This document shows positions 34,543 to 43,782 of a stretch of DNA of 57,688 nucleotides, one piece after another. Source of the DNA: an uncultured delta proteobacterium (GTDB lineage: Bacteria > Desulfobacterota > Binatia > Bin18). The stretch is from NCBI GenBank assembly GCA_963733195.1, contig CAVTCR010000014.1, positions 1 through 57,688 on the forward strand. The letters run 5' to 3'. The position numbers and the translations under genes were made by a program. Below the pieces are notes generated by a model, which ran no database searches, was not told where the DNA came from, and was given only the letters and a program-made list of their open reading frames with translations. The first letter of the stretch is position 1. Each line of letters begins with the position of its first letter.

Positions 34543-35943
34543 ATGTCTTGTCGTGCGTGTGGCGTTTGCCTGAGAACCTGGAGGCAAAAGATCGGGTCTT
34601 GCTTCTTATTCTTGCTGGTGTTTTTAGGGTATCTTGCTCCGGTTCCATTTGTATGGAGTGCAAGCGAGAATAGCGAGGGGCAGCGCACTTGGAAAACTCT
34701 GAGTGAGTTATCTCCTGACGAGTTAACGCACGTCGACCTGCGTACCGACACGCCACGTCACGCCGAATACTCATACCTGCCTGTGGAACCGTACCCTTTT
34801 ACCCCGCCCTACACGGCTGAAGAGATGGGGTATCGCAGCATGGAATTTACGCAGCGCCCACGCTGGTCGTGCGCATTGGCAAACCTCTTTGGCTCGATCT
34901 CAAGTGAGGGGGCGCTCCTGGGACTGGGACGTGCGGTGAATTTAATTCTGTACCCAACACCAGAAGGCGCTGGGATAGAACTCCTGAGAAAGCCGGGCGA
35001 AGAAGTGTATCGTCAATTAACCCAGCAACTTTTCCCTCCTGAATCCTATACCTCGCAAACTCTGGTCATTCGCTACCGCACCGATCAACAGTTTGTGAAA
35101 AAAGAAGATATGTTCTCTTATTCACCGACATTGCGGCGTGTCCGCCATCAGAACTCTATGCGTCGCAATGATCGCTTCCCGCAAATGGCGATGACCCTTG
35201 ATGATGCGTCGGGCCGCAGTGCCTGGGAGTACAACTGGACCGTATTAGGAAGCGACGTGCTGTTTGAGACAGTGCGGTTTCCAGTAACGCGGCCCACGGT
35301 CACGATCACAGAGGCAGATAATTCCTATCGTGCGCGGGAAACGAAGAGCCTAAAGTTGATGGGAGACGACTACCAACACTACACAGCCAATGGCGGGGTC
35401 GAATGCTACGTGGTTGATGCTCGCCCGAAGGAAGATTGGCTGCCAGACTATCATGCCTCACACGTAGTGTACTGGCTGGAGAAACGCAGCTTCTTTCCGC
35501 TGCGGACCGAAACCTACGGTCGTGATGGAAAACTGAGTCGGGTTGAGGTGCGATTGACCAAGATGGTCCATAAGGCACTAGGTGACCGTGGTTATAGTCC
35601 ATTTATCCAAGTGTACTGGGATGTGGCTTCGGATATCATTACCTACAATGTTCGTGACGGCATTCGCTTGATGCAGTGGTCAGCGGCTGATACGCAGACC
35701 TACTTCAGTCCGGATTTTATGCGGCGGCAGTGGTATTTGGTACCGGTACGCAGTTACCTCAGCGTGGAGCAACCAGAAGACTTTTATCTGCGCCCGAAGC
35801 TCGAGCCGGGAAAGTTTCCCGAGCAGCGCAATCTTGAGCTGCCTGCCTTCCTTATGGAACGAATCCAGGCACAAGATACGGCTGGACGGTTAGTTTTCTC
35901 AGGACAGGTTGCGACGACCAGCAATAACAACGGAGGACGCTAA
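34543..35943 (+). CDS. DUF1329/outer-membrane lipoprotein-sorting-like secreted protein
   Basis: Signal peptide; YSPTLRRVR, CYVVDARPK, RTETYGRDGKL. Confidence 0.7.
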   Translation: MSCRACGVCLRTWRQKIGSCFLFLLVFLGYLAPVPFVWSASENSEGQRTWKTLSELSPDELTHVDLRTDTPRHAEYSYLPVEPYPFTPPYTAEEMGYRSMEFTQRPRWSCALANLFGSISSEGALLGLGRAVNLILYPTPEGAGIELLRKPGEEVYRQLTQQLFPPESYTSQTLVIRYRTDQQFVKKEDMFSYSPTLRRVRHQNSMRRNDRFPQMAMTLDDASGRSAWEYNWTVLGSDVLFETVRFPVTRPTVTITEADNSYRARETKSLKLMGDDYQHYTANGGVECYVVDARPKEDWLPDYHASHVVYWLEKRSFFPLRTETYGRDGKLSRVEVRLTKMVHKALGDRGYSPFIQVYWDVASDIITYNVRDGIRLMQWSAADTQTYFSPDFMRRQWYLVPVRSYLSVEQPEDFYLRPKLEPGKFPEQRNLELPAFLMERIQAQDTAGRLVFSGQVATTSNNNGGR

Positions 35944-35997
35944 TGGAATACACGACAGAGCGAAGAATCTCTTTGAGAGATCCTTCGCCTCACTCGC

Positions 35998-36877
35998 CTA
36001 CATCAGAAAACGCGTAAACCACTCGCATGCGAGACGCGAGGATTCGTCGAGCCATTTACCAGCGTAGATCTCGTAGTGCGTGATCGGCAGCACCACCAGT
36101 TTCTTCGGCTCGCTTGCTCGTTCGTAGAGCTTCTCATATCCTTCGATCGGACAGGTATCGTCATCACGCGCACCGATTAACAGGAGCGACCGCGGCGAGA
36201 TTTTATCGACGACGTTGATTGGTTTGTACTCTAGCGTTTTCTCCACCGTCTCCCACGACAGATCACATTTCATTGCAGGGTGCTCCTTGAGCAGAGGCTC
36301 CAGGAACGCGCGTGTTTGTGCAGCGTTCAAGATCGTGATCGGGTCGAGGGTTTCACCCATCCCTTCACGCACGCGTCGGTGCTGATCTTCTTGGATCTTC
36401 TGCCGCAGTCGCAGCCGGTCAGCGTACCCGCGCGAATCGAGAATCAAGCGTTCTCCATCACCAAAGCCAACCTGACCAACGGCAGCTTTCACCCGCGTAT
36501 CGATCCCAGCAACATAAGGAGCATGGCCGCCGCCGAAGCTGGTTCCCCAGAGTCCGATCCGTTCTGGGTCAACTCCTGCTTGTCCTTGCAAGAACGTGAT
36601 TGCGTTACGAATGTCATCAACCTGTTCCAGAGGGATCAATCGCCATTTGGTTCCCTGGCTCCCGCCGAAGCCGCGATAATCGAAGGTCAGCGCGACAAAT
36701 CCTGCCTCCAGCGAAGACCTTGGCATAATCTGGCAAGATTCCTGCTCGTAAGCCAGTAAAGCCGTGGCAGAGCACGATCCCCGGTCGCTGCTCTCCTGCT
36801 TTGAAGCCATCAGGTAAGAAGAGATCGCCTTCTAACCGTGTCCCTTCGCTGAAGAATGTAACAGTTCGTTTCTCCAT
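35998..36877 (-). CDS. Alpha/beta hydrolase (frameshift near 36716)
   Basis: VLCHGF, FDYRGFGGS, nucleophile elbow WGTSFGGG, C-terminal His. Confidence 0.88.
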
Positions 36878-36933
36878 GGTTCGTTCCTCCTTTATTGAGA
36901 TACGCAGGCAATGCTCGGTATAGTCTGCCCCCC

Positions 36934-37398
36934 TTATCTTTGTGTGGCTTTTTCCGTCGTCCATTCCAGCTCGCAGTGCAAGCGTGTTAATAAAATACGT
37001 TTAATTTTCCACTGGCCATTCTCCTTAACATAGTCCTCGTCATAATGGCCGTACCCTTTGAACGTAAAATTCGGCAAGTACAGATAATCCACCATCGCCC
37101 AGATGCCATGCGCAGTGGTTGGGCTTGTAAGTTCAATCTCCGGCATATGGCCGTGATGGATAGACGTGCCTTTCGACAGAAACCCACTCACTTTTGCTAC
37201 CAGGTCTGCCCGTCCGCTGCAGTGGAGCTCCGTGAGCCCTTCACTCTTATTCTTCCCCGGTACTCCTTGGTAGACTGCAACGACATCATCAGTGAACACC
37301 GCATTCCACTCGTCCCACCGCTTCTGATCCATGAGCCGAAAGTACCGCGCTTTTACTTGTTTGACCTGCTCAATGTCTTCGGGGCTGTGTTGTGCCAT
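36934..37398 (-). CDS. SnoaL-like/NTF2 family protein (BaiE/LinA-like)
   Basis: KARYFRLMDQKRW, HHGHMPEI, GIWAMVDY, GYGHYDEDY..WKI. Confidence 0.85.
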   Translation of the reverse strand: MAQHSPEDIEQVKQVKARYFRLMDQKRWDEWNAVFTDDVVAVYQGVPGKNKSEGLTELHCSGRADLVAKVSGFLSKGTSIHHGHMPEIELTSPTTAHGIWAMVDYLYLPNFTFKGYGHYDEDYVKENGQWKIKRILLTRLHCELEWTTEKATQR

Positions 37399-37571
37399 GC
37401 AAATTCCCTCCTGAGTATGTTGCGACCGTGTGAACGATTCTGACGGCATAGTGTTTTCACTAGCGCGTCCTTCCTCCCTCACTTCCTCGTTATGCTCTTG
37501 AACATTGAAGGTCAAGAAGAGCTGTGCCATATACAGACCATGATAATTGCGGTGGCAAAAAGGAGGACCGT

Positions 37572-38015
37572 ATGGCAGCCAAGAGTACAAAGGCAGTACT
37601 ACAGGAAGTGATTGATCGCGAGGAGATCCGCACTTTACCCGTGCGGTATTGTCACACTGTGTGGCAGAAGGATCTGGACGGCTATGTCAGTCTCTTTACC
37701 GAGGACGGCTCGATGTCCACTAACGACCCCACCCTCCCACGGGCGCAAGGCCATGAGGCACTGCGCAAGATGATCGGTGAGGGCCTGGACACCATGAAAC
37801 CGCGCCCATTTATTCATAATCATGTGGTCGAGCTGCTAGGTCCGGATCGCGCCACAGGGACATGCTATATCGAGGTGAAACTGTTCCGCGACGGCAAGAA
37901 GTGTGCGATGTCCGGCTGGTATAACGATGAGTACGCCAAGGTCGGTGGGGAGTGGAAGTTCAAGTCACGCCAGATCACTATCGACTCGTCTGCTCCTGTG
38001 AACGAGAACTCATAA
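37572..38015 (+). CDS. SnoaL-like/NTF2 family protein
   Basis: DREEIR..RYC, LFTEDG, GWYNDEY..WKFKSR; AGGAGG RBS. Confidence 0.85.
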   Translation: MAAKSTKAVLQEVIDREEIRTLPVRYCHTVWQKDLDGYVSLFTEDGSMSTNDPTLPRAQGHEALRKMIGEGLDTMKPRPFIHNHVVELLGPDRATGTCYIEVKLFRDGKKCAMSGWYNDEYAKVGGEWKFKSRQITIDSSAPVNENS

Positions 38016-38121
38016 AAGTCAGCTTGGCAGAAAAGGGAAGCACGCGCATGTAACGATGGGCCACGCGGGGTGACTGAACGCCGGTGAGGAAAGGAGGTCC
38101 TCATACGTCTTTACCGCTCCA

Positions 38122-38269
38122 CTAAATCAAGCCACAAAAGATTGGTACACCAGGGTTGTCACCCTGAGTGAAACGAAGGGTCTCTCAGAGAGATTCTTCG
38201 CTCTGCTCAGAATGACACGACTGAAGGGCCGGAGCGTAAAGTGTACGAATGTTCTGTGGTCCGATTTAG
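38122..38269. mobile_element. MITE-like element with 29-bp imperfect terminal inverted repeats
   Basis: 38122-38150 matches the reverse complement of 38241-38269 at 23/29; internal hairpin TGTCACCCTGAG..CTCAGAATGACA (38157-38217); related fragments near 35956-35996 and 56840-56938. Confidence 0.65.
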
Positions 38270-38404
38270 ACTGTCTTCGTGCACGGTATTTGGGGTAGAG
38301 GCGGTCACGCCGCGTTGCTAATCGGACTCAGTCAGGGAAAGAGAACAAGAAGTTATTAAGTGTATGAATCCTTAGTGCTGCGCGGTAGTGGTCGTGCAGT
38401 CTCG

Positions 38405-39613
38405 TCAGTCGCTATGTACAGCAATCTTCTCACTGGTAGTGCTGGAAACTGCTGGTGGAGGCTTAGTAAACCCCAAGGCCGTTTTGATCTCATCGTTGGC
38501 GATCGGCGTGACGCCTTTAGAGGTCAAGGCGAATTTGTCCATGTACTGCTGCGGAGGAAGAAGAGTAACACTCTGTGTCTTGAGAAACGTCGCCAACCCG
38601 TCTGTTCCGGTTACCGACGTGTACGGAAAAGGCAAGCCAGCAAAAAATGGCGAGAACAGCCCATCCCAGTGATGAGGAATATGCGCTTGTGGCCGCAACA
38701 CACTACACACCACTTCACTGAGGCGACGATCACTATAGCCAATCCATAGCCCAACGTGATCCAGTCCTGCGGCGGTTAGCGCTGCGCGGAGATTATCCTG
38801 AGGAGATGTCTGCTGTGGGGCAAAAACCAAGTTGTCGAGCGATAAACCCTGCGCTTGGAAGAACCCCTTATCCACCATGGCTGGCGAGAGAAAGGTATCA
38901 GCGTTGCCAGTATTGGAATAGAACCAACTCACCGGTCCTTCCGACGTTGTGACAGTGAACAGATAGGCACGCGCGCCGCCACCATTAGGAAAATCTTGCA
39001 AAGTACCCGGACGTAATCCATCGGTCGCAGATACCGCAGTCGGACTCTTCATCAACTCCAACGGTGTATAGAGAACCCTCCCCATTGGAGTCGACACATC
39101 ACCACTGTGGTTCCAACGCACGACCCGGACGGAGAGGTGCTCCCCCAAGGGTAACACTTCTCCTCCTTCCACCGCCGTGCATTGGGAGGACGGTATGCCT
39201 TGGGCAACGGCTTGCAGGCACGTTGAGCGCGAGCCAATGATCTGTGCCCCAGTTAGTTTGGCCCATGCCGCGGTATCAAAGGAATGATCAAAGTGGCTAT
39301 GGCCGGTCAGGATGAAATCGACCTTACCGCTGGCTCCGAGCCCTGCGATGAGCCGCTGGATGGCTGGGACATCAGGTTTGGCAGGAGCGGCAGTTGCGAA
39401 GCCAAGGCCGGAAAAAGCCTTTTCTGGAATACGAGTGATATATCCATCTGTGACGATGCGTGTATTTCCTACCTCAAACAGCCAATTCGTCACTGACATC
39501 CAGGTCAGGAACACCGTGCTGGGCTTTACTGTCTGAGCGTCACTCAGAGAACTCGGCCCGAGAGTGAGCAATCCACCCACAAGCATCAGGGCCAATATTT
39601 TGCGGGCAATCAT
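38405..39613 (-). CDS. Secreted metallo-beta-lactamase-fold hydrolase
   Basis: Signal peptide; GHSHFDH motif, NHS, PHHWD. Confidence 0.85.
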   Translation of the reverse strand: MIARKILALMLVGGLLTLGPSSLSDAQTVKPSTVFLTWMSVTNWLFEVGNTRIVTDGYITRIPEKAFSGLGFATAAPAKPDVPAIQRLIAGLGASGKVDFILTGHSHFDHSFDTAAWAKLTGAQIIGSRSTCLQAVAQGIPSSQCTAVEGGEVLPLGEHLSVRVVRWNHSGDVSTPMGRVLYTPLELMKSPTAVSATDGLRPGTLQDFPNGGGARAYLFTVTTSEGPVSWFYSNTGNADTFLSPAMVDKGFFQAQGLSLDNLVFAPQQTSPQDNLRAALTAAGLDHVGLWIGYSDRRLSEVVCSVLRPQAHIPHHWDGLFSPFFAGLPFPYTSVTGTDGLATFLKTQSVTLLPPQQYMDKFALTSKGVTPIANDEIKTALGFTKPPPAVSSTTSEKIAVHSD

Positions 39614-39769
39614 GTAGTCCTCCCTTGAGCAGTCCGCACTCCTGGTGTCTGTAGGGGTTGCCGTAATCGGGGAATCCCCCTCATGAGAACGTCCTCCTGT
39701 TGCAGAAACACATTGCTCCTTTCGGCTTGTGAGCCAAAACTGCTGCGGAAGTTGGGTGTTATACCGTCT

Positions 39770-41098
39770 TTACAATTTTGTCTTGGCCTGTAGATCTTGG
39801 ACTAAGGTCTTACTGGCGAGCCAGAAAAAGAAGCTCGCGCTGAGGCTCATCACCACGGAAGTTCCGAGGAGAGAGTAGCGCACGGCATCAGGTGTCCCAA
39901 TCACATCATTGAGAATCCCCACTGTCTGTGGGCCAGCACCTAACCCAATGACGGTGACAATGAAGAGATAAACCGCTGATGCCATCGCCCGCATCGTGGG
40001 CGGAACCAACTCCTGAATAACTGCAACCGATGGCCCTAACCAGAAGGTGCCGAAGATATTCGCGGGAAACAGGCATAAGAGCGCGAGTCGATGGTCGGGA
40101 AGCAACAGCGCGGCAACGGTAAACGGGATCGAGAGTAGCACCCCGATCAGGCTGACATACAGCCGTGCCCGCGGTTCGTGCCGGCCCCAGCGGTCAGCGA
40201 GCCACCCGCCAGCAAAGGTGCCGATACCGCCTCCAAGCGCGACAGTCCACGAGAGCCACAGCCCCAACTCGCCAGGTGTCATATGATGCACGCGGATAAA
40301 GAACACCGGCCCCCAGGTTCCACCGCTATACGCTGCAAATGATTGCAATGCCGCCGCCAGGCTAAGTCGGCGACCTGTTGTCAGCGTTCTGAAAAAACGC
40401 CCAACTTCCTGGAGGCTGTACGCACGCAGATTGGTCGTGTGCTGCTCCCGCCAGCCACGTGGCAATTCACGAACTGTGAAGCGTACAACCAATGCCATCA
40501 CTACCCCAGGCAAACCAACAGCAAAAAACGCTGCCCGCCATCCATAGGCATCATTAATCCATCCACCCAGCCAAAACCCCAATCCGACACCGACGTAGAC
40601 TCCACAAGCATAAATGGAGAGGGCCGTTGCGCGCTTTTCTGGAGGGAAATAATCCGATAACAACGAGTGTCCTGGCGGTGCAGAGCCTGCTTCTCCGATG
40701 CCCACCCCGATCCGTGCGAGAGCTAAGTCAGTAAATCCCCGTGCCAGACCAGAGACCGCGGTCATCAGACTCCAGATTGCCAAGCAGATAGCAATGAGGC
40801 TGCGTCGACTCCACCGATCCGCGATGCGCGCGAGTGGAATGCCAGCGACTGTATAAAAGATCGCAAAGGCAAGACCTGTCAGAAAACCTAGGGCAGTATC
40901 CGAAATCTTGAGGTCGTCTTTGATCGGCTGGAGCAAAATCGAGAGGATCTGCCGGTCGATGTAATTAAAGATGGTAACAACGAACAACACCCCTAAGACA
41001 TAATAGGCATAGGCTTGGCTCACATCTGGACTTGCGACGCCCTCGGGGCTCACCCCTTGTGCTGAGGTTTGCTCTCGCTCCTCCGCCGACGTCGGCAT
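39770..41098 (-). CDS. MFS transporter (spinster-like)
   Basis: FNYIDRQ, ARIADRWSRR motif A, RIGVGIGEA, about 12 hydrophobic segments. Confidence 0.9.
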   Translation of the reverse strand: MPTSAEEREQTSAQGVSPEGVASPDVSQAYAYYVLGVLFVVTIFNYIDRQILSILLQPIKDDLKISDTALGFLTGLAFAIFYTVAGIPLARIADRWSRRSLIAICLAIWSLMTAVSGLARGFTDLALARIGVGIGEAGSAPPGHSLLSDYFPPEKRATALSIYACGVYVGVGLGFWLGGWINDAYGWRAAFFAVGLPGVVMALVVRFTVRELPRGWREQHTTNLRAYSLQEVGRFFRTLTTGRRLSLAAALQSFAAYSGGTWGPVFFIRVHHMTPGELGLWLSWTVALGGGIGTFAGGWLADRWGRHEPRARLYVSLIGVLLSIPFTVAALLLPDHRLALLCLFPANIFGTFWLGPSVAVIQELVPPTMRAMASAVYLFIVTVIGLGAGPQTVGILNDVIGTPDAVRYSLLGTSVVMSLSASFFFWLASKTLVQDLQAKTKL

Positions 41099-41280
41099 CA
41101 GTTGCTCCCCCCTTTTTTGCCAAACACCAGATTGTGCGGCCCCACTATACTCATGCAAAAACGCACCCCCCTCCTAGCATACTGCGATACGCAAGACCAG
41201 CAGACGCCCCTTCATCTCTCTTGCGTTTCACCGGTGGCATGCTACAGCACAAAACAAGAAAACCCGGAAGGGACACGTCA

Positions 41281-41728
41281 ATGCGTTGTACAAGCTGTGG
41301 GGAGACAAATCCTGAGGAGGGGAATGCAGCAGAGGACTGGCGGTGCTGACCCCAATGCTGACGATGGTACAGAAGGGAGGCGAACTGTGGTACGAGGCGG
41401 AGTTGTATCGACTCTACGGAGAACTGTCGCTCCGAGCGGGCGAAAAGGCGAAAGGGCGAAGGAGTTCCATGTCGCCCCATCGCCCGGTCTCCCAGTCGCC
41501 CCTTCGTCTCCAGAAGAGTGTTTCCTGAACGCTATCGAGATCGCCCAACGCCAGCAAGCGAAGTCGCTCGAATTACGTGCTGCCACGAGCCTCGCTCGTC
41601 TGTGGCAACGACAAGGCAAGCAACACGAAGCTCACCAGATGTTATCCGAGATCTACGGCTGGTTCACCGAGGGGTTTGATACGAAGGATCTGCAACAGGC
41701 AAAGGCCTTGCTTGACGAACTGTCCTAA
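41281..41728 (+). pseudogene. Collapsed remnant of a third cyclase-AAA-TPR gene
   Basis: Zinc-ribbon start MRCTSCGETNPE joined almost directly to the terminal TPR segment [39 protein letters not shown]. Confidence 0.75.
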
Positions 41729-41800
41729 GCCCTGCTGCTCTGTTCTTTTAAGGACAAAAAACTGGACTGCCCGCCCTTCGACAGGGGCTGTTCAGAAACA

Positions 41801-41896
41801 AAATGCCCAACTGGTGCTACCAACTCGATAATAGAGTTGACGTGTAACATTGCGGCACATTCCAATCCTCACCCAACCAGTGAGGTTGGGTGCTAC
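41801..41896 (-). CRISPR. Detached trailer segment of the CRISPR array
   Basis: Repeat at 41859-41896 (36/38 to consensus), 38-nt spacer 41821-41858, degenerate repeat ending GGTGCTAC at 41820. Confidence 0.8.
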
Positions 41897-42052
41897 CGAA
41901 GCTAGGCAAACGCAACGCCGCTTCGCAAGAGAATCCCGTCCCAGCGAGCTCGCTGGTGTACGTCGGTATGATGTCAATGAGCTTGAACACATTGAGGGTG
42001 TTCTGGCGATCTTTTGGGTCTTTCGCTATAGTGATCCCAGAGAGGAAACTGT

Positions 42053-42319
42053 ATGGCGACGGCTACGGTAACTCAGATCGTCAAGCAAATTCAAAAACTG
42101 TCTCCCAACGAACAACAAGAATTGCGTACAGCCTTAGGCGTCCTCCTCACCCCAACTCCCTCGCTTACCGAGGAGGAATTGCATCGCCGATTGGCCGCTC
42201 AGGGGCGGCTCAGCGTCCCGTCTCCTGACTCGCGTTCCCGTGCACCACGCCGCTCTTTCAAACCAGTCCCAGTCCGTGGTAAGCCGGTCTCGGAAACCAT
42301 CATCGAGGAGCGTCGCTAA
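42053..42319 (+). CDS. Putative antitoxin (VapB-like) inside the CRISPR array
   Basis: 88 aa, C-terminal PVRGKPVSETIIEERR typical of PIN-associated antitoxins; GAGG RBS; abuts the PIN gene. Confidence 0.8.
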   Translation: MATATVTQIVKQIQKLSPNEQQELRTALGVLLTPTPSLTEEELHRRLAAQGRLSVPSPDSRSRAPRRSFKPVPVRGKPVSETIIEERR

Positions 42320-42784
42320 GTGGCGGCGTACTTCGTCGATAGCAGCGCTCTCGTCAAACGGTACGTCATTGAATCCGGCACGCCGTGGGTACGCAACCTT
42401 TGCGCTCCTGCGGCAGGTAATACCCTCTACATTGCTCGCATCACCGGCGCGGAAGTCATTGCTGCCCTGAGCCGCCGTGCGCGGATGGGAAGTTTGACAC
42501 AGAGTACGGCACAAAGCGCCCTGGTAGCGTTCCGGACTGACTATGCCAGCGTTTACTTCGTCTCGGAGATTACCGCTATCCTGATTGACCGCGCCATGGA
42601 TTTGGCGCAAAGACGGGGACTTCGTGGTTATGATGCAGTGCAGCTTGCCGCTGCGCTTGACGTCAATGCCGAACGGAGCGGATATAGACTGTCTCTGCTG
42701 ACACTGGTCTCTGCCGATACAGATCTCAATCATGCTGCCGTAGCCGAAGGGCTTACCGTTGAAAACCCTAACGATAATCCCTGA
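42320..42784 (+). CDS. vapC: VapC family PIN-domain toxin inside the CRISPR array
   Basis: YFVDSSALVKRY..E..LRGYDAVQLAAA..VSAD..L..AA..EGL.VENP; all acidic motifs present. Confidence 0.9.
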   Translation: MAAYFVDSSALVKRYVIESGTPWVRNLCAPAAGNTLYIARITGAEVIAALSRRARMGSLTQSTAQSALVAFRTDYASVYFVSEITAILIDRAMDLAQRRGLRGYDAVQLAAALDVNAERSGYRLSLLTLVSADTDLNHAAVAEGLTVENPNDNP

Positions 42785-42882
42785 CCAGCTCGACAGACTT
42801 TTTCTTCTCCTTCCGTAAGTTTGTTTCTTCTTGTCTTGTTGTTTTCATAGCTGCGCGAGGCTTATTACTGTCCGTAGTTCTC

Positions 42883-43126
42883 AGGTTGGGTGCTGCACGC
42901 CGGAGGACCGCTGTGGGTTAATCCGCTGCATGAGTTTCAATCCTCACCCAACCAGTGAGGTTGGGTGCTACGAGCATTCGCGGTCCAGTGGATGAGCTTT
43001 ACTTGATCCGTAGGTTTCAATCCTCACCCAACCAGTGAGGTTGGGTGCTACCTCACCCATCCTGAGGGAGCGTACCTAGGCCCATAGTGTTTCAATCCTC
43101 ACCCAACCAGTGAGGTTGGGTGCTAC
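42883..43126 (-). CRISPR. Type I-C CRISPR array; repeat GTAGCACCCAACCTCACTGGTTGGGTGAGGATTGAAAC (38 nt)
   Basis: Identical repeats at 42934-42971, 43014-43051 and 43089-43126; partial repeat at 42883-42896; spacers of 37, 42 and 37 nt; 9-bp stem; ATTGAAAC 3' handle gives minus orientation. Confidence 0.95.
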
Positions 43127-43335
43127 GCCGACCTCCCAAGCCCTTGTGAGGCTTGGGGTTTTTCTCTCGTTTGCGCGATCCGAATTGTCGACGGACAAAA
43201 GCGGACAAGCCTCGAAATCGCGGAACGAGAAAGTTGTTAAAAATAAGCATCTTAGAGCCAACGCGATCCTCCCTGGGTTTGTGCTGTCGCTCTAGGTTCG
43301 CGCGACGCCTGTCCTCCTGTCGCCAAACGGGGCTG
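43127..43335 (-). promoter_or_regulatory. CRISPR leader
   Basis: Non-coding, adjacent to the first perfect repeat; minus strand has GCGAACCTAGAGCG..AAACCC..GGATCGCG, resembling type I-C leader motifs. Confidence 0.75.
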
Positions 43336-43548
43336 TCAGAGCAGCTCGCGAAATTCTTCCAGGCTTAACCCTGCATCCCGGACGATTCCTCCCATCGTAA
43401 TGGCATTGATCGGATTGTGTCGTGGGATAGTGAGAATACGCACACCGTCTGACATCACTATGTGTTTTCCTTGTCGCACGATACGAAAACCTGCCTTCTC
43501 CAGTGCCCGGACAGCGTGTTGATGATTGATGCCTGGCAGCTTCGGCAT
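43336..43548 (-). CDS. hicA: HicA family toxin
   Basis: AVRALEKAGF..RQGKHIVM..TIPRH..TMGGIVRDAGLS. Confidence 0.9.
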   Translation of the reverse strand: MPKLPGINHQHAVRALEKAGFRIVRQGKHIVMSDGVRILTIPRHNPINAITMGGIVRDAGLSLEEFRELL

Positions 43549-43550
43549 GG

Positions 43551-43757
43551 CTATACCACGACATCCACTTCTCGCACCTCGGCCTCGGGCGTCTCTTGGA
43601 GTAAGTCATTAACAGCGGCGAGATACTCTCGAATGGCATCTTGAATATTTTCCATCGCTTCTGTTTCAGTGGCCCCCTGCGACCAACAACCAGGCAACCC
43701 GGGGCAAGACACACTGTAGCCTTCTTCAGATTTCTGCAGGACAATTTTGTATCGCAT
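43551..43757 (-). CDS. hicB: Short HicB family antitoxin
   Basis: EEGYSVSCPGLPGCWSQGATETEAMENIQDAIREYL; 68 aa with no DNA-binding extension. Confidence 0.9.
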   Translation of the reverse strand: MRYKIVLQKSEEGYSVSCPGLPGCWSQGATETEAMENIQDAIREYLAAVNDLLQETPEAEVREVDVVV

Positions 43758-43782
43758 AATCGCTTCTTCTCTCTTGCCGGTT

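Noticed and set aside
41784-43340. GGGGCTGT(T)CAGA near both ends of the array block as an att or target duplication
   Set aside because: Only about 12 nt with an indel, no recombinase nearby, and the right copy overlaps the hicA stop codon.
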